A stretch of 64,000 nt of DNA from NCBI GenBank assembly GCA_963798845.1, contig CAWCUS010000001.1:128001-192000 (forward strand), given 5' to 3'. This stretch comes from an uncultured Gemmatimonadales bacterium (lineage in GTDB: Bacteria; Gemmatimonadota; Gemmatimonadetes; Longimicrobiales; RSA9). The position numbers and the translations under genes were made by a program. Below are positions 11,758-20,941 of this stretch, in pieces. The notes under the pieces were generated by a model. That model searched no databases. It was not told the origin of the DNA and saw only the letters and a list, made by a program, of their open reading frames with translations. Position 1 is the first letter of the stretch. Each line of letters opens with the position of its first letter.

Positions 11758-11829
11758 CTTCCTCTGCCTCTCCGAGAGTCTACGCTGATCGGGAAGCGCG
11801 CTTCCTGATACCCACAGTCTTTCACAATA
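11758..11829 (-). promoter_or_regulatory. rpsO -10 element and structured 5' leader (candidate S15 autoregulatory RNA)
   Basis: -10 TATTGT at 11824-11829; leader can fold as CUGU/GCAG closing AUC(A)GGAAG/CUUCC(C)GAU and CUCU/AGAG hairpins next to the SD. Confidence 0.5.
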
Positions 11830-11905
11830 CAATCATTCTCCCGCCCCGGCCACCCCCTCCGACCAACCCTCTCATCAACCCCACGGCTGAACGGTGGCGA
11901 ACGGT

Positions 11906-12850
11906 TCATGCCGTTCCGCCCAGCCGCCGCCTCGCCTCCGCGCAGTCGGCCTCGATGGCCTGGATCAGATCGCCGACACTCGAGAATCGGTGGATCTCCC
12001 GCAGCCACCCCATGAACTCGACGCGCACCTCCTCACCGTAGATGTCGGCTTCGAAGTCGAAGAGGTGGAGCTCGATGGACGGCGGGGCCCCGCGGAACAT
12101 GGGCCGTGGTCCCAGGTGGAGGACGCCGTCGAAGCTGCCCCGGCGCAGCGTGGCGCGCACTGCGTACACGCCCTCGTGCGGCAGCAGCTTGTCCCCGTTG
12201 GGGACGTGGATGTTGGCGGTGGGGAAACCGAGAGCGTGTCCGCGACCGTCGCCGCGGACGATGGGTCCCCGGAGCGAGTAGGGGCGGCCGAGCCCCGCGG
12301 CGGCGTCCTCCACGCGCCCCTCGGCGACGGCTGCGCGGATCTTCGACGAGGAGACGGCGTCGCCCTCGGTGCGGAGCGCCTCGATGACCTCGACGGTGAA
12401 GCCAATGTCGCGTCCGATGTCGCGCAGGGTATCCACGTCGCCGGAGCGGCCACGTCCGAAGCCGTGATCATAGCCGATGACGAGGTGCTTCATGCGCAGC
12501 CGCCCGATGAGGATCTCCCGGACGAAGCGCTCGGGCGGGTAGCCCTGGAGCACCTTCGTGAACGGGATGAACACCGCGTAGTCCACGCCGGACTCCGCCA
12601 GGATCTCGGTCTTCTCGACGGGCGTGGTGAGGAGCTTCGGGGCGGCTCCGGGCCGCACGACGCGCAGCGGGTGCGGATGGAACGTGACGAGGACGGCCGG
12701 GAGCCCCTCGGCGTCGGCGCGGGCGCGGAGCTGCTCCAGGACCTGCCAGTGGCCGCGGTGGACGCCGTCGAAGGTGCCCACGGTGACGGCGGTCCCGGGG
12801 TGGTCGGCGGGGATCCCGGGTGGAAGGCCGGGATCGATGGCGTAGTTCAC
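11906..12850 (-). CDS. ribF: Bifunctional riboflavin kinase/FAD synthetase
   Basis: GTFDGVHRGH, VSSSKIR, LGFPTAN, GVYA; GTGA overlap with truB. Confidence 0.96.
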   Translation of the reverse strand: MNYAIDPGLPPGIPADHPGTAVTVGTFDGVHRGHWQVLEQLRARADAEGLPAVLVTFHPHPLRVVRPGAAPKLLTTPVEKTEILAESGVDYAVFIPFTKVLQGYPPERFVREILIGRLRMKHLVIGYDHGFGRGRSGDVDTLRDIGRDIGFTVEVIEALRTEGDAVSSSKIRAAVAEGRVEDAAAGLGRPYSLRGPIVRGDGRGHALGFPTANIHVPNGDKLLPHEGVYAVRATLRRGSFDGVLHLGPRPMFRGAPPSIELHLFDFEADIYGEEVRVEFMGWLREIHRFSSVGDLIQAIEADCAEARRRLGGTA

Positions 12851-13710
12851 GCGAACACCTTTCGCGGCCGCAGGGTTTCGCCATCGCTCTCGGCCACGGC
12901 GACGAGCTGGCCGCCGGCCGCGAGGGCGACGAGCCCCCGCGGAGCGCGCCCGGCGGCAGGAAGCGGTTGGCCGTGTCGGACCCGCTCGACATCCGGCCCG
13001 GCCAGCTCGATCGTCGGCCAGTCCACGAGCGCGTCGAGGGGCGGAACCAGCTTGTCGAGGACGGTGGCGGTGTCGCCCAGCGCGGAGGTGCGCACCGCGT
13101 CCTCGACGCGGAACGGTCCCACCGCGGTGCGACGCAGGGCGACCAGGTGACCGCCCACCCCCAGCGTATCGCCGGCGTCGCGGGCGATGGCGCGGACATA
13201 GGTGCCGCTGGAGCATCGCACCCGGAAGCGGACTGTGTCGTCCTCGACCTCCTGGACGTCGATCCCGTGGATGGTGACCTCCACGGGCTCGAGCTCGACC
13301 GTGGCGCCCTGGCGGGCCAGCTCGTACGCCCTCCGGCCCGCCACTTTCTTGGCCGAATACGCCGGGGGCGTCTGGAAGCGCGTGCCCTGCTGGCCCTCGA
13401 ACGCCTGGCGCACGACCGAAGGGGGCAGTCCCCGCCACTCGTCGGTGCAGGAAACTTCGGCGCCCGTATGGTCGAGCGTGTCGGTGGCGATGCCGATGCG
13501 GGCACTGGCTTCGTACTCCTTGTCGAGCCCGGAGAGGAACTCGGCCAGCCGCGTGGCGGCGCCGATGCAGAGGAGGAGGAGCCCGCTGGCGAACGGGTCG
13601 AGCGTGCCCGTGTGTCCCACACGGCGCTCTCGCAGGGCGCGCCGCGCGCTCGCTACGACGTCGTGCGAGGTCGGCCCTGCTGGCTTGTCCACGGGCAGCA
13701 CGCCGATCAT
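12847..13710 (-). CDS. truB: tRNA pseudouridine(55) synthase
   Basis: DKPAGPTSHDVV, GHTGTLDPFASG, CSSGTYVR. Confidence 0.97.
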   Translation of the reverse strand: MIGVLPVDKPAGPTSHDVVASARRALRERRVGHTGTLDPFASGLLLLCIGAATRLAEFLSGLDKEYEASARIGIATDTLDHTGAEVSCTDEWRGLPPSVVRQAFEGQQGTRFQTPPAYSAKKVAGRRAYELARQGATVELEPVEVTIHGIDVQEVEDDTVRFRVRCSSGTYVRAIARDAGDTLGVGGHLVALRRTAVGPFRVEDAVRTSALGDTATVLDKLVPPLDALVDWPTIELAGPDVERVRHGQPLPAAGRAPRGLVALAAGGQLVAVAESDGETLRPRKVFA

Positions 13711-14114
13711 TCCCCGTCCGGCCCCTCGTCCTCCGACCCGTCGGCATCGGAGGACGTCTCCGCGTCCGCAGGCTCCGGCGCGACTTCCGAAAGAATGGCC
13801 TCGATCCGGAGCGCGTGTTCCAGGCTTCGGTCGCGCTCGAAGCGGATCTCGGGAACGCGGCGAAGGTCGATCCGTCGGCCCAGCGAGCCGCGGATGTAGG
13901 ACGCGGCGGCGTCCAGACCCTTCAGGGTGGCCTCGCGTTCGTCCTCCTCTCCCAGGAGCTGGACGAACACGCGGGCCAGTGTCAGGTCCGGCGCCGTGAT
14001 CACGCGCGTCACCGTGACCGTGCCCACGCGCGGGTCCTTCACCTCCCCGTGGAGGATCTCGGACAGCTCCCGCTTCAGCTGCTCGTTGACGCGTTCGATC
14101 CTGTGCCCAGCCAT
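13707..14114 (-). CDS. rbfA: Ribosome-binding factor A
   Basis: RIERVNEQLKRELS, KDPR, PDL, RRVPEIRF. Confidence 0.96.
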   Translation of the reverse strand: MAGHRIERVNEQLKRELSEILHGEVKDPRVGTVTVTRVITAPDLTLARVFVQLLGEEDEREATLKGLDAAASYIRGSLGRRIDLRRVPEIRFERDRSLEHALRIEAILSEVAPEPADAETSSDADGSEDEGPDGE

Positions 14115-14154
14115 ATCCGATGCATTCGGCGGCGGACGCCCGGCGCCCGCCGCC

Positions 14155-14436
14155 TCAGTAGAAGGTGCGATAGGTTTCTATGATCCGGCCCGCGACTTCC
14201 GAAGCCACGAGCCGGTCGGCGCGGTCCAGGATCGACTCCGCCCGGCGCCGGTCCGTCGCCACCGTGCAGACGGTGATCTCCGCGCGCTGCCACAGGTCCT
14301 GGTGGCCCGTCTCGGCGACGGAGACGTTCAGCCTGGACCGCAAACGGTCCTTCAAGCTCCTGACCACGGACCGCTTTTCCTTCAGCGAGCGGGCCTCATA
14401 GATCTGGAGATCCCACCCGATCACGCCGACGACCAC
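14155..14436 (-). CDS. DUF503 (YlxP-like) protein
   Basis: SLKEKRSVV, NVSVAE, QDLWQR; usual position between infB and rbfA. Confidence 0.9.
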   Translation of the reverse strand: MVVGVIGWDLQIYEARSLKEKRSVVRSLKDRLRSRLNVSVAETGHQDLWQRAEITVCTVATDRRRAESILDRADRLVASEVAGRIIETYRTFY

Positions 14437-14459
14437 GCCTCAACGCTCCCGGCCGCGGT

Positions 14460-17186
14460 TCAGCCGCCGCTCGTCCCGCCGGCGCTGCTGGCCAGCGTGC
14501 GGGCGATCTCCTCCACCGTGAAGCACTCGATCACGTCGCCGACCTTGATATCGTTGTAGCCGTCGATGCTCATCCCGCACTCGAAGCCCTCGCGGACTTC
14601 CCGAACATCGTCCTTGAAGCGCTTCAGGCTCCCCAGCTGGCCCAGGTAGACCTGCACGCCGTCGCGCACAAGCCGCACCGGGTCGCCTCTCCGGATCACG
14701 CCCTCGGTGACGTAACAGCCCGCCACGGTCCCGGCACGCGGGACACGGAACAGCTGCCGCACCTCCGCCGCGCCCAGCAGCTTCTCCCGCTCTTCGGGTG
14801 CGAGCATCCCTTCCAGCGCCGAGCGCACGTCCTCGATGGCCTCGTAGATCACGTCGTAGACCCGGACATCCACGTCCTCCTGCTCCGCCACCTGCCGGGC
14901 ATCCGCGTCCGGGCGGACATGGAAGCCGATGATGATCGCGCCGGCCGTTGCAGCCAGCAGCGCGTCGGAGCGGTTGATCGCGCCCACGCCGCGATGGATC
15001 ACGTCGACTTCCACCTCGTTCGTGCCCAGCTGTTCAATGGAGTCGGCCAGCGCCTGCACCGAGCCATCCACGTCGCCCTTGATCACCACGTTGAGCTGAG
15101 CGGTCTCGCCCGCGGCCAGCAGCTGGCTGATGTCGGTGAGCTTCACGCCGCGGCTCTTGATCCGCAGCTGCTTCTCACGGTCCAGCCGCTGGCGCGTCTG
15201 CGCGATCTCCGCCGCGCGCTCCGGCTCCATGACCATGAGCTTGTCGCCCGCCTGGGGCACGCCGTTGATCCCGAGCACCTGGGCGGGCATTCCGGGGCCG
15301 ACCTCGTCGACGTGGTTGCCGCGCTCGTCCAGCAGCGCGCGCACCCTGCCGCCGTGCAGGCCGCACACCAGGTCGTCGCCGACGCGCAGCGTCCCGTTGG
15401 TCACCAGCACGGTGGCCACGGGGCCCTTCCCCACGTCCAGCTCGGCTTCGATGACGATTCCGTGCGCATCCCGGTCCGGGTTCGCCTTCAGCTCCAGCAG
15501 CTCAGCCTGGAGGAGCACCTTTTCCAGCAGCTCGCCGACGCCCTTCCCCGTCTTCGCGCTTACCGGCTGCGCCAGCACGTCGCCGCCGAACTCCTCCACG
15601 ACGACGCTGTGCTCGAGCAGGCCCTGCTTCACCCGGTCCGGGTTCGCTCCGGGCAGGTCGATCTTGTTGATGGCCACGATCATGGGCACGCCCGCGTTGC
15701 GTGCGTGGCTGATCGCCTCCACGGTCTGCGGCATCACGGCGTCATCCGCGGCCACCACGAGGATCACCACGTCCGTGACGTCCGCGCCGCGGGCCCGCAT
15801 GGCGGTGAACGCCGCGTGGCCCGGGGTGTCCAGGAAGCTGATCGACCGACCATCGTCCAGGGTCACGTGGTAGGCGCCAATGTGCTGCGTGATCCCGCCG
15901 GACTCGCCCGCGATCACGTTCGTCTTGCGGATGTGGTCCAGCAGCGACGTCTTGCCGTGGTCCACGTGCCCCATGACCGTGACCACGGGCGGACGCGGCA
16001 CCAGATCCTCCGGCAGATCCTCTGCTTCCTCTTCCTCGAGCTCCCCCTCGTATTCCTCCTCGCGCACCGCCTTGAAGCCGAACTCGTCCAGCAGCAGCTC
16101 GATCTGGTCGAAATCGAGCCGCTGGTTGATCGTGACCATCATGCTGAGGTTCTTGAACGCGCTCGCGATGATCTGCGACGCGTTCTCGTCGATCAGCTCC
16201 GCCAGCTCCGCCACCGTGAGAAACTCGTTCACGCGGACGGTCTTCGCCTCTTCGGCCGCCACCCGTTGCCGCTCGGCCTCCTGCTGCTCCCGCTCCTCCG
16301 GCCCGTGCCGCGAGCGACGGCGCTTGCTCCGGCCGCCGCTCCCGCCGCCCTTGATCTCGGCCATCACGCGCTGCACGTTCTCCTGCACCGCGCCCTGGTC
16401 CACACGCGCCCGCCGCTTCTTCCGCTTGTCCTTCTTGCTGCGCCCGTCCGGGGTGTAGCCCTCGGCCTGGATGCGCACTTTCCCACCCGGGCCCGCGCTC
16501 GCGGCCGGCGCCAGACCGGGAAGGGACTCGCTGACCCGCTTCGGCCGGCGCTTCGGCTTCTCCTTCGGCTCCTGGGCAGCCGGCGCGGGTTGCGCTTCGA
16601 CCTCCGCGCCCTCGGCCTGCTCTTCCTCGGCCTCGGCGACGGGCGCTTCGGCCTCCCCGGCCTCTTCCGGCTCCGTTTCCGCGGCTTCCTCCCTGGCTGC
16701 CTTCTTCGGACGGACCGGCGTCGGCTTCTCCTTCGCCGCGGGGGCGGCCCGGACCTCTTCCGGCTCCGCCTCCGCCTCCTCGACGGCTTCGACTTCGGCG
16801 ACCTCCGTCTCCTCGGACTCGGGCTCCGCCTCGTCCGCCTCCGCGTAGACCACTTCCGTTTCCGCGACTTCCTCCGCCGCCGCGCCCGCGAGCTCTTCCT
16901 CGTCTTCGCCCGCCAGCTCCGCCGCTTCCTCCGGCTCTTCCGTCTTGCGACGACGCCGACGACGCCGCGTCGGGGCCTGCGCGTCCTCGATCGCAGCTTC
17001 GACCACCTCCACCGCATCGGAAGCGCCGGCGCGCCGCTGTCGCTCGAATCGAGCCCGCAGCTTCGCGATCACCGCGTCGTCCACGGCGGATGACTCCGTG
17101 CGGACCGCCGCCCCCATCTCCCTCAGGAGCTGGATCAGGCTGTCGGCCGGAACGTTGAATTCCTTCGCTACCTCGTTTACGCGCAT
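14460..17186 (-). CDS. infB: Translation initiation factor IF-2
   Basis: MGHVDHGKT, GGITQHIGAY, DTPGH, NKID, SLKRFKDDV; long acidic N-terminal linker. Confidence 0.98.
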   Translation of the reverse strand: MRVNEVAKEFNVPADSLIQLLREMGAAVRTESSAVDDAVIAKLRARFERQRRAGASDAVEVVEAAIEDAQAPTRRRRRRRKTEEPEEAAELAGEDEEELAGAAAEEVAETEVVYAEADEAEPESEETEVAEVEAVEEAEAEPEEVRAAPAAKEKPTPVRPKKAAREEAAETEPEEAGEAEAPVAEAEEEQAEGAEVEAQPAPAAQEPKEKPKRRPKRVSESLPGLAPAASAGPGGKVRIQAEGYTPDGRSKKDKRKKRRARVDQGAVQENVQRVMAEIKGGGSGGRSKRRRSRHGPEEREQQEAERQRVAAEEAKTVRVNEFLTVAELAELIDENASQIIASAFKNLSMMVTINQRLDFDQIELLLDEFGFKAVREEEYEGELEEEEAEDLPEDLVPRPPVVTVMGHVDHGKTSLLDHIRKTNVIAGESGGITQHIGAYHVTLDDGRSISFLDTPGHAAFTAMRARGADVTDVVILVVAADDAVMPQTVEAISHARNAGVPMIVAINKIDLPGANPDRVKQGLLEHSVVVEEFGGDVLAQPVSAKTGKGVGELLEKVLLQAELLELKANPDRDAHGIVIEAELDVGKGPVATVLVTNGTLRVGDDLVCGLHGGRVRALLDERGNHVDEVGPGMPAQVLGINGVPQAGDKLMVMEPERAAEIAQTRQRLDREKQLRIKSRGVKLTDISQLLAAGETAQLNVVIKGDVDGSVQALADSIEQLGTNEVEVDVIHRGVGAINRSDALLAATAGAIIIGFHVRPDADARQVAEQEDVDVRVYDVIYEAIEDVRSALEGMLAPEEREKLLGAAEVRQLFRVPRAGTVAGCYVTEGVIRRGDPVRLVRDGVQVYLGQLGSLKRFKDDVREVREGFECGMSIDGYNDIKVGDVIECFTVEEIARTLASSAGGTSGG

Positions 17187-17207
17187 GCTCTTCCTGCTAC
17201 CCCTCGG

Positions 17208-17534
17208 TTACTGCCCTCGCTCTTGCCCGCCAGCGCCCAGCAAAGACCGGAGCCGCCTCGCCAGGCCGGCTTCCGTGATTCCCACCGCAGCCACGGGCGC
17301 CCTGCCCACAGCCGCCCCGAGATCCGCTCTCGTGTACTTCATCACGAACGCAACCCCACGCCCTTCCAGTGGCGGAACCAGCTTGTCCCGCCCCGTGGCC
17401 GTGAGGTCGCTCGCCACGAGCACGAATCGCAGCCGACCCCCGCGAAGCGCCTCCCGCACCGCGGGCGTGCCCGGCACCACCGCGCCCGCCCGGGCGGCAA
17501 GCCCGAGCAGCTGCAGGACCGGGTCAGGCGACGT
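17208..17534 (-). CDS. L7Ae/L30e-family RNA-binding protein (YlxQ-like); start codon uncertain
   Basis: LLGLAARAGAVVPG, LVASD, LGAAVGR, VGITEAGLA; usual position between nusA and infB. Confidence 0.85.
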   Translation of the reverse strand, partial: TSPDPVLQLLGLAARAGAVVPGTPAVREALRGGRLRFVLVASDLTATGRDKLVPPLEGRGVAFVMKYTRADLGAAVGRAPVAAVGITEAGLARRLRSLLGAGGQERGQ

Positions 17535-19059
17535 GCTCGCGATCCTCCCCTTCCCCGGGCGCGGCCGCTTCCTCGCCCTTGCCCGGGTCCTCCCCCTCTT
17601 CTTCCGCTTCCTCGACCTCGGGCTTCGCCTTCGCCGCCCTGGTGGCCGCCTTCTTCGAGGTCGGCGCACCGCCCACCTCGCTCACATCCACGCCGAGGAT
17701 CTCGGCCGCCACCTGGCGAACCTCCTCCATCTCCTCAGCGGTCGGACCCGATTCTTCGGTCGCTGGCTCCTCAACAACGGTCAGCTCGTCGATGATGCCG
17801 ACGAGCCGATCCGCAGCCGCCTCATCCACGCCTTCCATGGCGAGGAAGTCTTCACGCTCGAAGTCGATGATATCGAAAAAAGTAGTATATCCAGCACTTT
17901 CGAGCGCCGCCAGCGTGGCTGGCTCCACCTCCAGCTCGGAGAGCGGGAAGTCGGCGACCTCGTATTCCTCCTCGCCGCCGCCGAAGAGTGCCGCGTCGGC
18001 GCCCCGCTCCAGCCACTCGCGACTCCCGTACAGGTCCAGCTGCCAGCCGATGAGCTGACTCGCCAGCCGCACGTTCTGGCCGTTGCGGCCGATGGCCAGA
18101 GAGAGCTGGTCCTCATCGACGATGGCCGTGATCACGCCACGGTCCGGATCGCTCAGCACCTTCGCGACGCGGGCGGGCGCGAGCGACCGCCGAGCGTAGA
18201 CCTCGGGGTCCGGGTGCCACGGGACGATATCGATGCGCTCGCCCCCGAGCTCGCTCACCACGGCCTGCACGCGCGAGCCCTTGAGGCCAACGCACGCGCC
18301 CACGGGATCGATGGACTCGTCCCGGGAGGAAACGGCCACCTTGGTGCGGCCTCCCACTTCGCGGGCGAGCCCCTTGACCTCGACGATGCCCTGATAGATC
18401 TCCGGCACCTCGAGCTTGAACAGCGCCGCTACGAAGCCAGGGTCGGCGCGCGACAGGATCAGGCGCGGCCCCTTGGAAGTCTCCTCCACCTTCTTGAGCA
18501 CCGCCCGGATCGGCTCGCCCTGGCGGAAGCGCTCGCGAGGGTTCTGCTCCTTCCACGGGATGATCGCGTCCGCGTCCCGCGCCTCGTTCAGCATGACCAC
18601 GAGCTTGCCCCGCTCGACCTGCTGCACCTCGCCGCTCAGCAGCTCCCCTTCGCGGTCTTCGAACTCGTTGCGGATCTTCTGGCGCTCCCCTTCCCGCACG
18701 CGCTGGATGATCCGCTGCTTGGCCGCCATCACGGCGTTCCGGCCGAACTCCGCGAACGCCACCGGGATCTCCAGGATGTCGCCAGGCTGGAAATCGGGGT
18801 CGTCCCATCGCGCCTCCTCCAGAGAGACCTCACGGGACGCGTCCTCGACCTCCGCCACCACCTCCTTCAGGACAACGATCTGGATGCCACCGCCCTGCTC
18901 ATCGATGGTGATCTCGGCCTCGACGTTGGGGCCGAAGCGCTTGGCCAGCGCGGCCATGATGCCGTCGCGGATGAGGTCGCGCAGCTCGAGATCCGAGAGG
19001 TTCTTGTTGTTCGTCAGCTCCCGGAACGCCGCGAGGACCTGCATGCCTTCGTTCGCCAT
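17524..19059 (-). CDS. nusA: Transcription termination/antitermination factor NusA
   Basis: FGRNAVMAAKQ, LEVPEI, VGACVGLKGSRV, AIGRNGQNVRLAS; acidic C-terminal extension. Confidence 0.97.
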   Translation of the reverse strand: MANEGMQVLAAFRELTNNKNLSDLELRDLIRDGIMAALAKRFGPNVEAEITIDEQGGGIQIVVLKEVVAEVEDASREVSLEEARWDDPDFQPGDILEIPVAFAEFGRNAVMAAKQRIIQRVREGERQKIRNEFEDREGELLSGEVQQVERGKLVVMLNEARDADAIIPWKEQNPRERFRQGEPIRAVLKKVEETSKGPRLILSRADPGFVAALFKLEVPEIYQGIVEVKGLAREVGGRTKVAVSSRDESIDPVGACVGLKGSRVQAVVSELGGERIDIVPWHPDPEVYARRSLAPARVAKVLSDPDRGVITAIVDEDQLSLAIGRNGQNVRLASQLIGWQLDLYGSREWLERGADAALFGGGEEEYEVADFPLSELEVEPATLAALESAGYTTFFDIIDFEREDFLAMEGVDEAAADRLVGIIDELTVVEEPATEESGPTAEEMEEVRQVAAEILGVDVSEVGGAPTSKKAATRAAKAKPEVEEAEEEGEDPGKGEEAAAPGEGEDREHVA

Positions 19060-19068
19060 AGATCTCCC

Positions 19069-19557
19069 TTACTCGTTCCACCGGAATACGAGATGCGCCC
19101 TGGCGATGCTGTCTCGCGGCACCTCGACTTCCTCGCCGTCCGCGAGCCGCACCCGCACGGCGTCTCCCGCCTCTCCTTCCACCAGCCCCAGAAGCTCACC
19201 TTCGAGCCGCTTGCTCCGGCCCGCCAGTGGCGCGTACCCTCGGAGCGCCACTTCGTGCCCCGCGAAGCGCTTGAAATCGCGTGGCCGCACCAGCGGCCGC
19301 TCCACCCCGGGCGACGAGACCTCGAGCACGTAAGTCGCCGGGACGCCGGCCAGCCCGTCCAGATACGACTCCAGCGCGCGGCTGATCGTGGCACAGTCGT
19401 CCAGCGACACGCCGTGACCCGGCTCCGAATCCGGGCGGTCGACCCGCAGTCGCAAAACGGGCCGGCTCTTCGACCCGGCCCGCTCGAGCTCCACCAGCTC
19501 GAACCCGAGCGCCTCCGTGCGCCGTTCCAGCTCTTCCCGCAGTGACGGCTCGCTCAT
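19069..19557 (-). CDS. rimP: Ribosome maturation factor RimP
   Basis: VSLDDC, YVLEVSSPGVERPL. Confidence 0.96.
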   Translation of the reverse strand: MSEPSLREELERRTEALGFELVELERAGSKSRPVLRLRVDRPDSEPGHGVSLDDCATISRALESYLDGLAGVPATYVLEVSSPGVERPLVRPRDFKRFAGHEVALRGYAPLAGRSKRLEGELLGLVEGEAGDAVRVRLADGEEVEVPRDSIARAHLVFRWNE

Positions 19558-19567
19558 GGCGCTTCAA

Positions 19568-19596
19568 TAAAAAAGTGGGGGTGTGCCCCCCACTCC
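19568..19596 (-). terminator. rimP leader terminator/attenuator
   Basis: AGUGGGGG-GCACA-CCCCCACU hairpin followed by a U-tract, between the promoter and the rimP start. Confidence 0.75.
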
Positions 19597-19633
19597 ATAG
19601 CGGCACCCGCCCCCGGGCGCCACGCACGTTCCG

Positions 19634-19662
19634 ATGATAAAGGAGCGCCGGCCGAGAGGCAA
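19634..19662 (-). promoter_or_regulatory. Sigma-70-type promoter of the rimP-nusA-infB operon
   Basis: TTGCCT-N17-TATCAT. Confidence 0.65.
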
Positions 19663-19741
19663 CCCCGGACCCTCCCCACGCATGCCCGGGGGCGTGGCCC
19701 CCGGGAGGGTCCGGGGGCGGCCGGGGGCGTCCGGCGGCGCT

Positions 19742-20527
19742 TCAGCCCACGAGCGCGAGCACCCCCATCTGCCGCCCCGGTGAGCCGCCCCGGTGCGAAA
19801 AGAACCCGGAGCCGCAGCGGGTGCAGTGCTCGGACACCGTGATCGACGACGGCGGCACTCCGGCCGCCACCGCCTGCGCTGCCTGCACGGCGCGAACGTC
19901 GACCGGGCGTCGGTCAGGCGGTATCGGCAGGCCGAGCGCCCGGTGCACTTCGGGCCCGACCTCGTAACAGCGTCCGCAGATCGCAGGACCGAGGTGGACG
20001 CGGAGCGACCCGGGCTCGCCGCCCAGTTCCGCCAGACCCCGTGGCAGGATTCCGGCGGCGGTGCCGCGCCACCCGCCGTGCAGGAGCGCGATCCGCCGCC
20101 GCACCGGATCGACCACGAAGATCGGGACACAGTCCGCCACAGACACGGTGAGCAGGACCCCCGGCTGCTGCGTCGCGTGGCCGTCGTACCCCTCGACGAC
20201 GAGGAGCCCGGCAGGCGCCACGTCGTGATACACGATCTCCCTACCGTGCACCTGGCGGCTGTGGACGGCGCCCCGGACGCCCACCGCCTGGCGCAGGGCG
20301 CGCCACCGGTCGAGCACGGCGCCTACCGGCGCGGTCCCCCAGAGGCCAAGGTCGAAATCCTCTTCCCCGGCCCCGGTGGTGGCCTGCACCAGCCAGGGAA
20401 ATTCCGGCCCCCACTCGGGGTGGTGGAACAGCGGCACCGGGCCGGGCGCCCGACGCTCGCGCAGCGCGCGGACTCCGCCCGGCAGGCCGGGCGTCGGGGC
20501 ATCCTCGGGCGGCGAGCCCGGGCTCAA
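19742..20527 (-). CDS. pgeF: PgeF/YfiH laccase-domain protein (peptidoglycan editing factor / purine nucleoside enzyme)
   Basis: RQVHG, ADCVP, HGGWRG, GPAICGRCYEVG, FFSHR. Confidence 0.9.
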   Translation of the reverse strand: MSPGSPPEDAPTPGLPGGVRALRERRAPGPVPLFHHPEWGPEFPWLVQATTGAGEEDFDLGLWGTAPVGAVLDRWRALRQAVGVRGAVHSRQVHGREIVYHDVAPAGLLVVEGYDGHATQQPGVLLTVSVADCVPIFVVDPVRRRIALLHGGWRGTAAGILPRGLAELGGEPGSLRVHLGPAICGRCYEVGPEVHRALGLPIPPDRRPVDVRAVQAAQAVAAGVPPSSITVSEHCTRCGSGFFSHRGGSPGRQMGVLALVG

Positions 20528-20937
20528 ACCTCCGACACCGGTATGTCCGGGCCCGCTCCCCCACCGCTGGTCGGACCTCCGCCGCCCGCCGCTCCCGTTC
20601 CGTCTGCCGTGTCGTGTTCGTGATGGGCGTGGGCCGCCGCCTCGTGGGCCTCGACGCGCGCGCTCAGCGCGGCGACCTCCGCGCGCAGCGCTTCGAACTC
20701 CCGCCGCGGGACCAGATCCAGTCGCGTGCGCGCCTCCTCGAACGCGGTCTGGGCGCGATCCATGGTGCTGCGGACTGCCTCCTTGGCCCGATCTGGCGTG
20801 ATCTCGCCCCGATCGAGCATCTCCTGGACCGTCTCCTCCACGGCGTCCTTGAGCGCACTGAGAATGCCGAGACTGGCGCGGATCCCTTCGCGCACCTCGT
20901 CGCCCAGGTTGGACTTTCGTTCCCGCTGATCAGTCAT
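20524..20937 (-). CDS. Phasin-like/UbiK-like coiled-coil protein
   Basis: Amphipathic helices, LDLVPRREFEALRAEVAALSARV C-terminal coiled coil, His-rich tail. Confidence 0.6.
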   Translation of the reverse strand: MTDQRERKSNLGDEVREGIRASLGILSALKDAVEETVQEMLDRGEITPDRAKEAVRSTMDRAQTAFEEARTRLDLVPRREFEALRAEVAALSARVEAHEAAAHAHHEHDTADGTGAAGGGGPTSGGGAGPDIPVSEV

Positions 20938-20941
20938 GAGA

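Noticed and set aside
16250..17000. Quasi-repetitive sequence in the infB 5' region
   Set aside because: Low-complexity Glu/Ala/Pro linker coding sequence; no fixed repeat unit or spacers, so not a CRISPR or tandem array.
6913..19545. Very long plus-strand ORFs (772, 822, 724 and 866 aa)
   Set aside because: Antisense shadows of ald, the M16 peptidase, pnp, infB and nusA. High GC3 suppresses stops, and the translations have no recognisable motifs.
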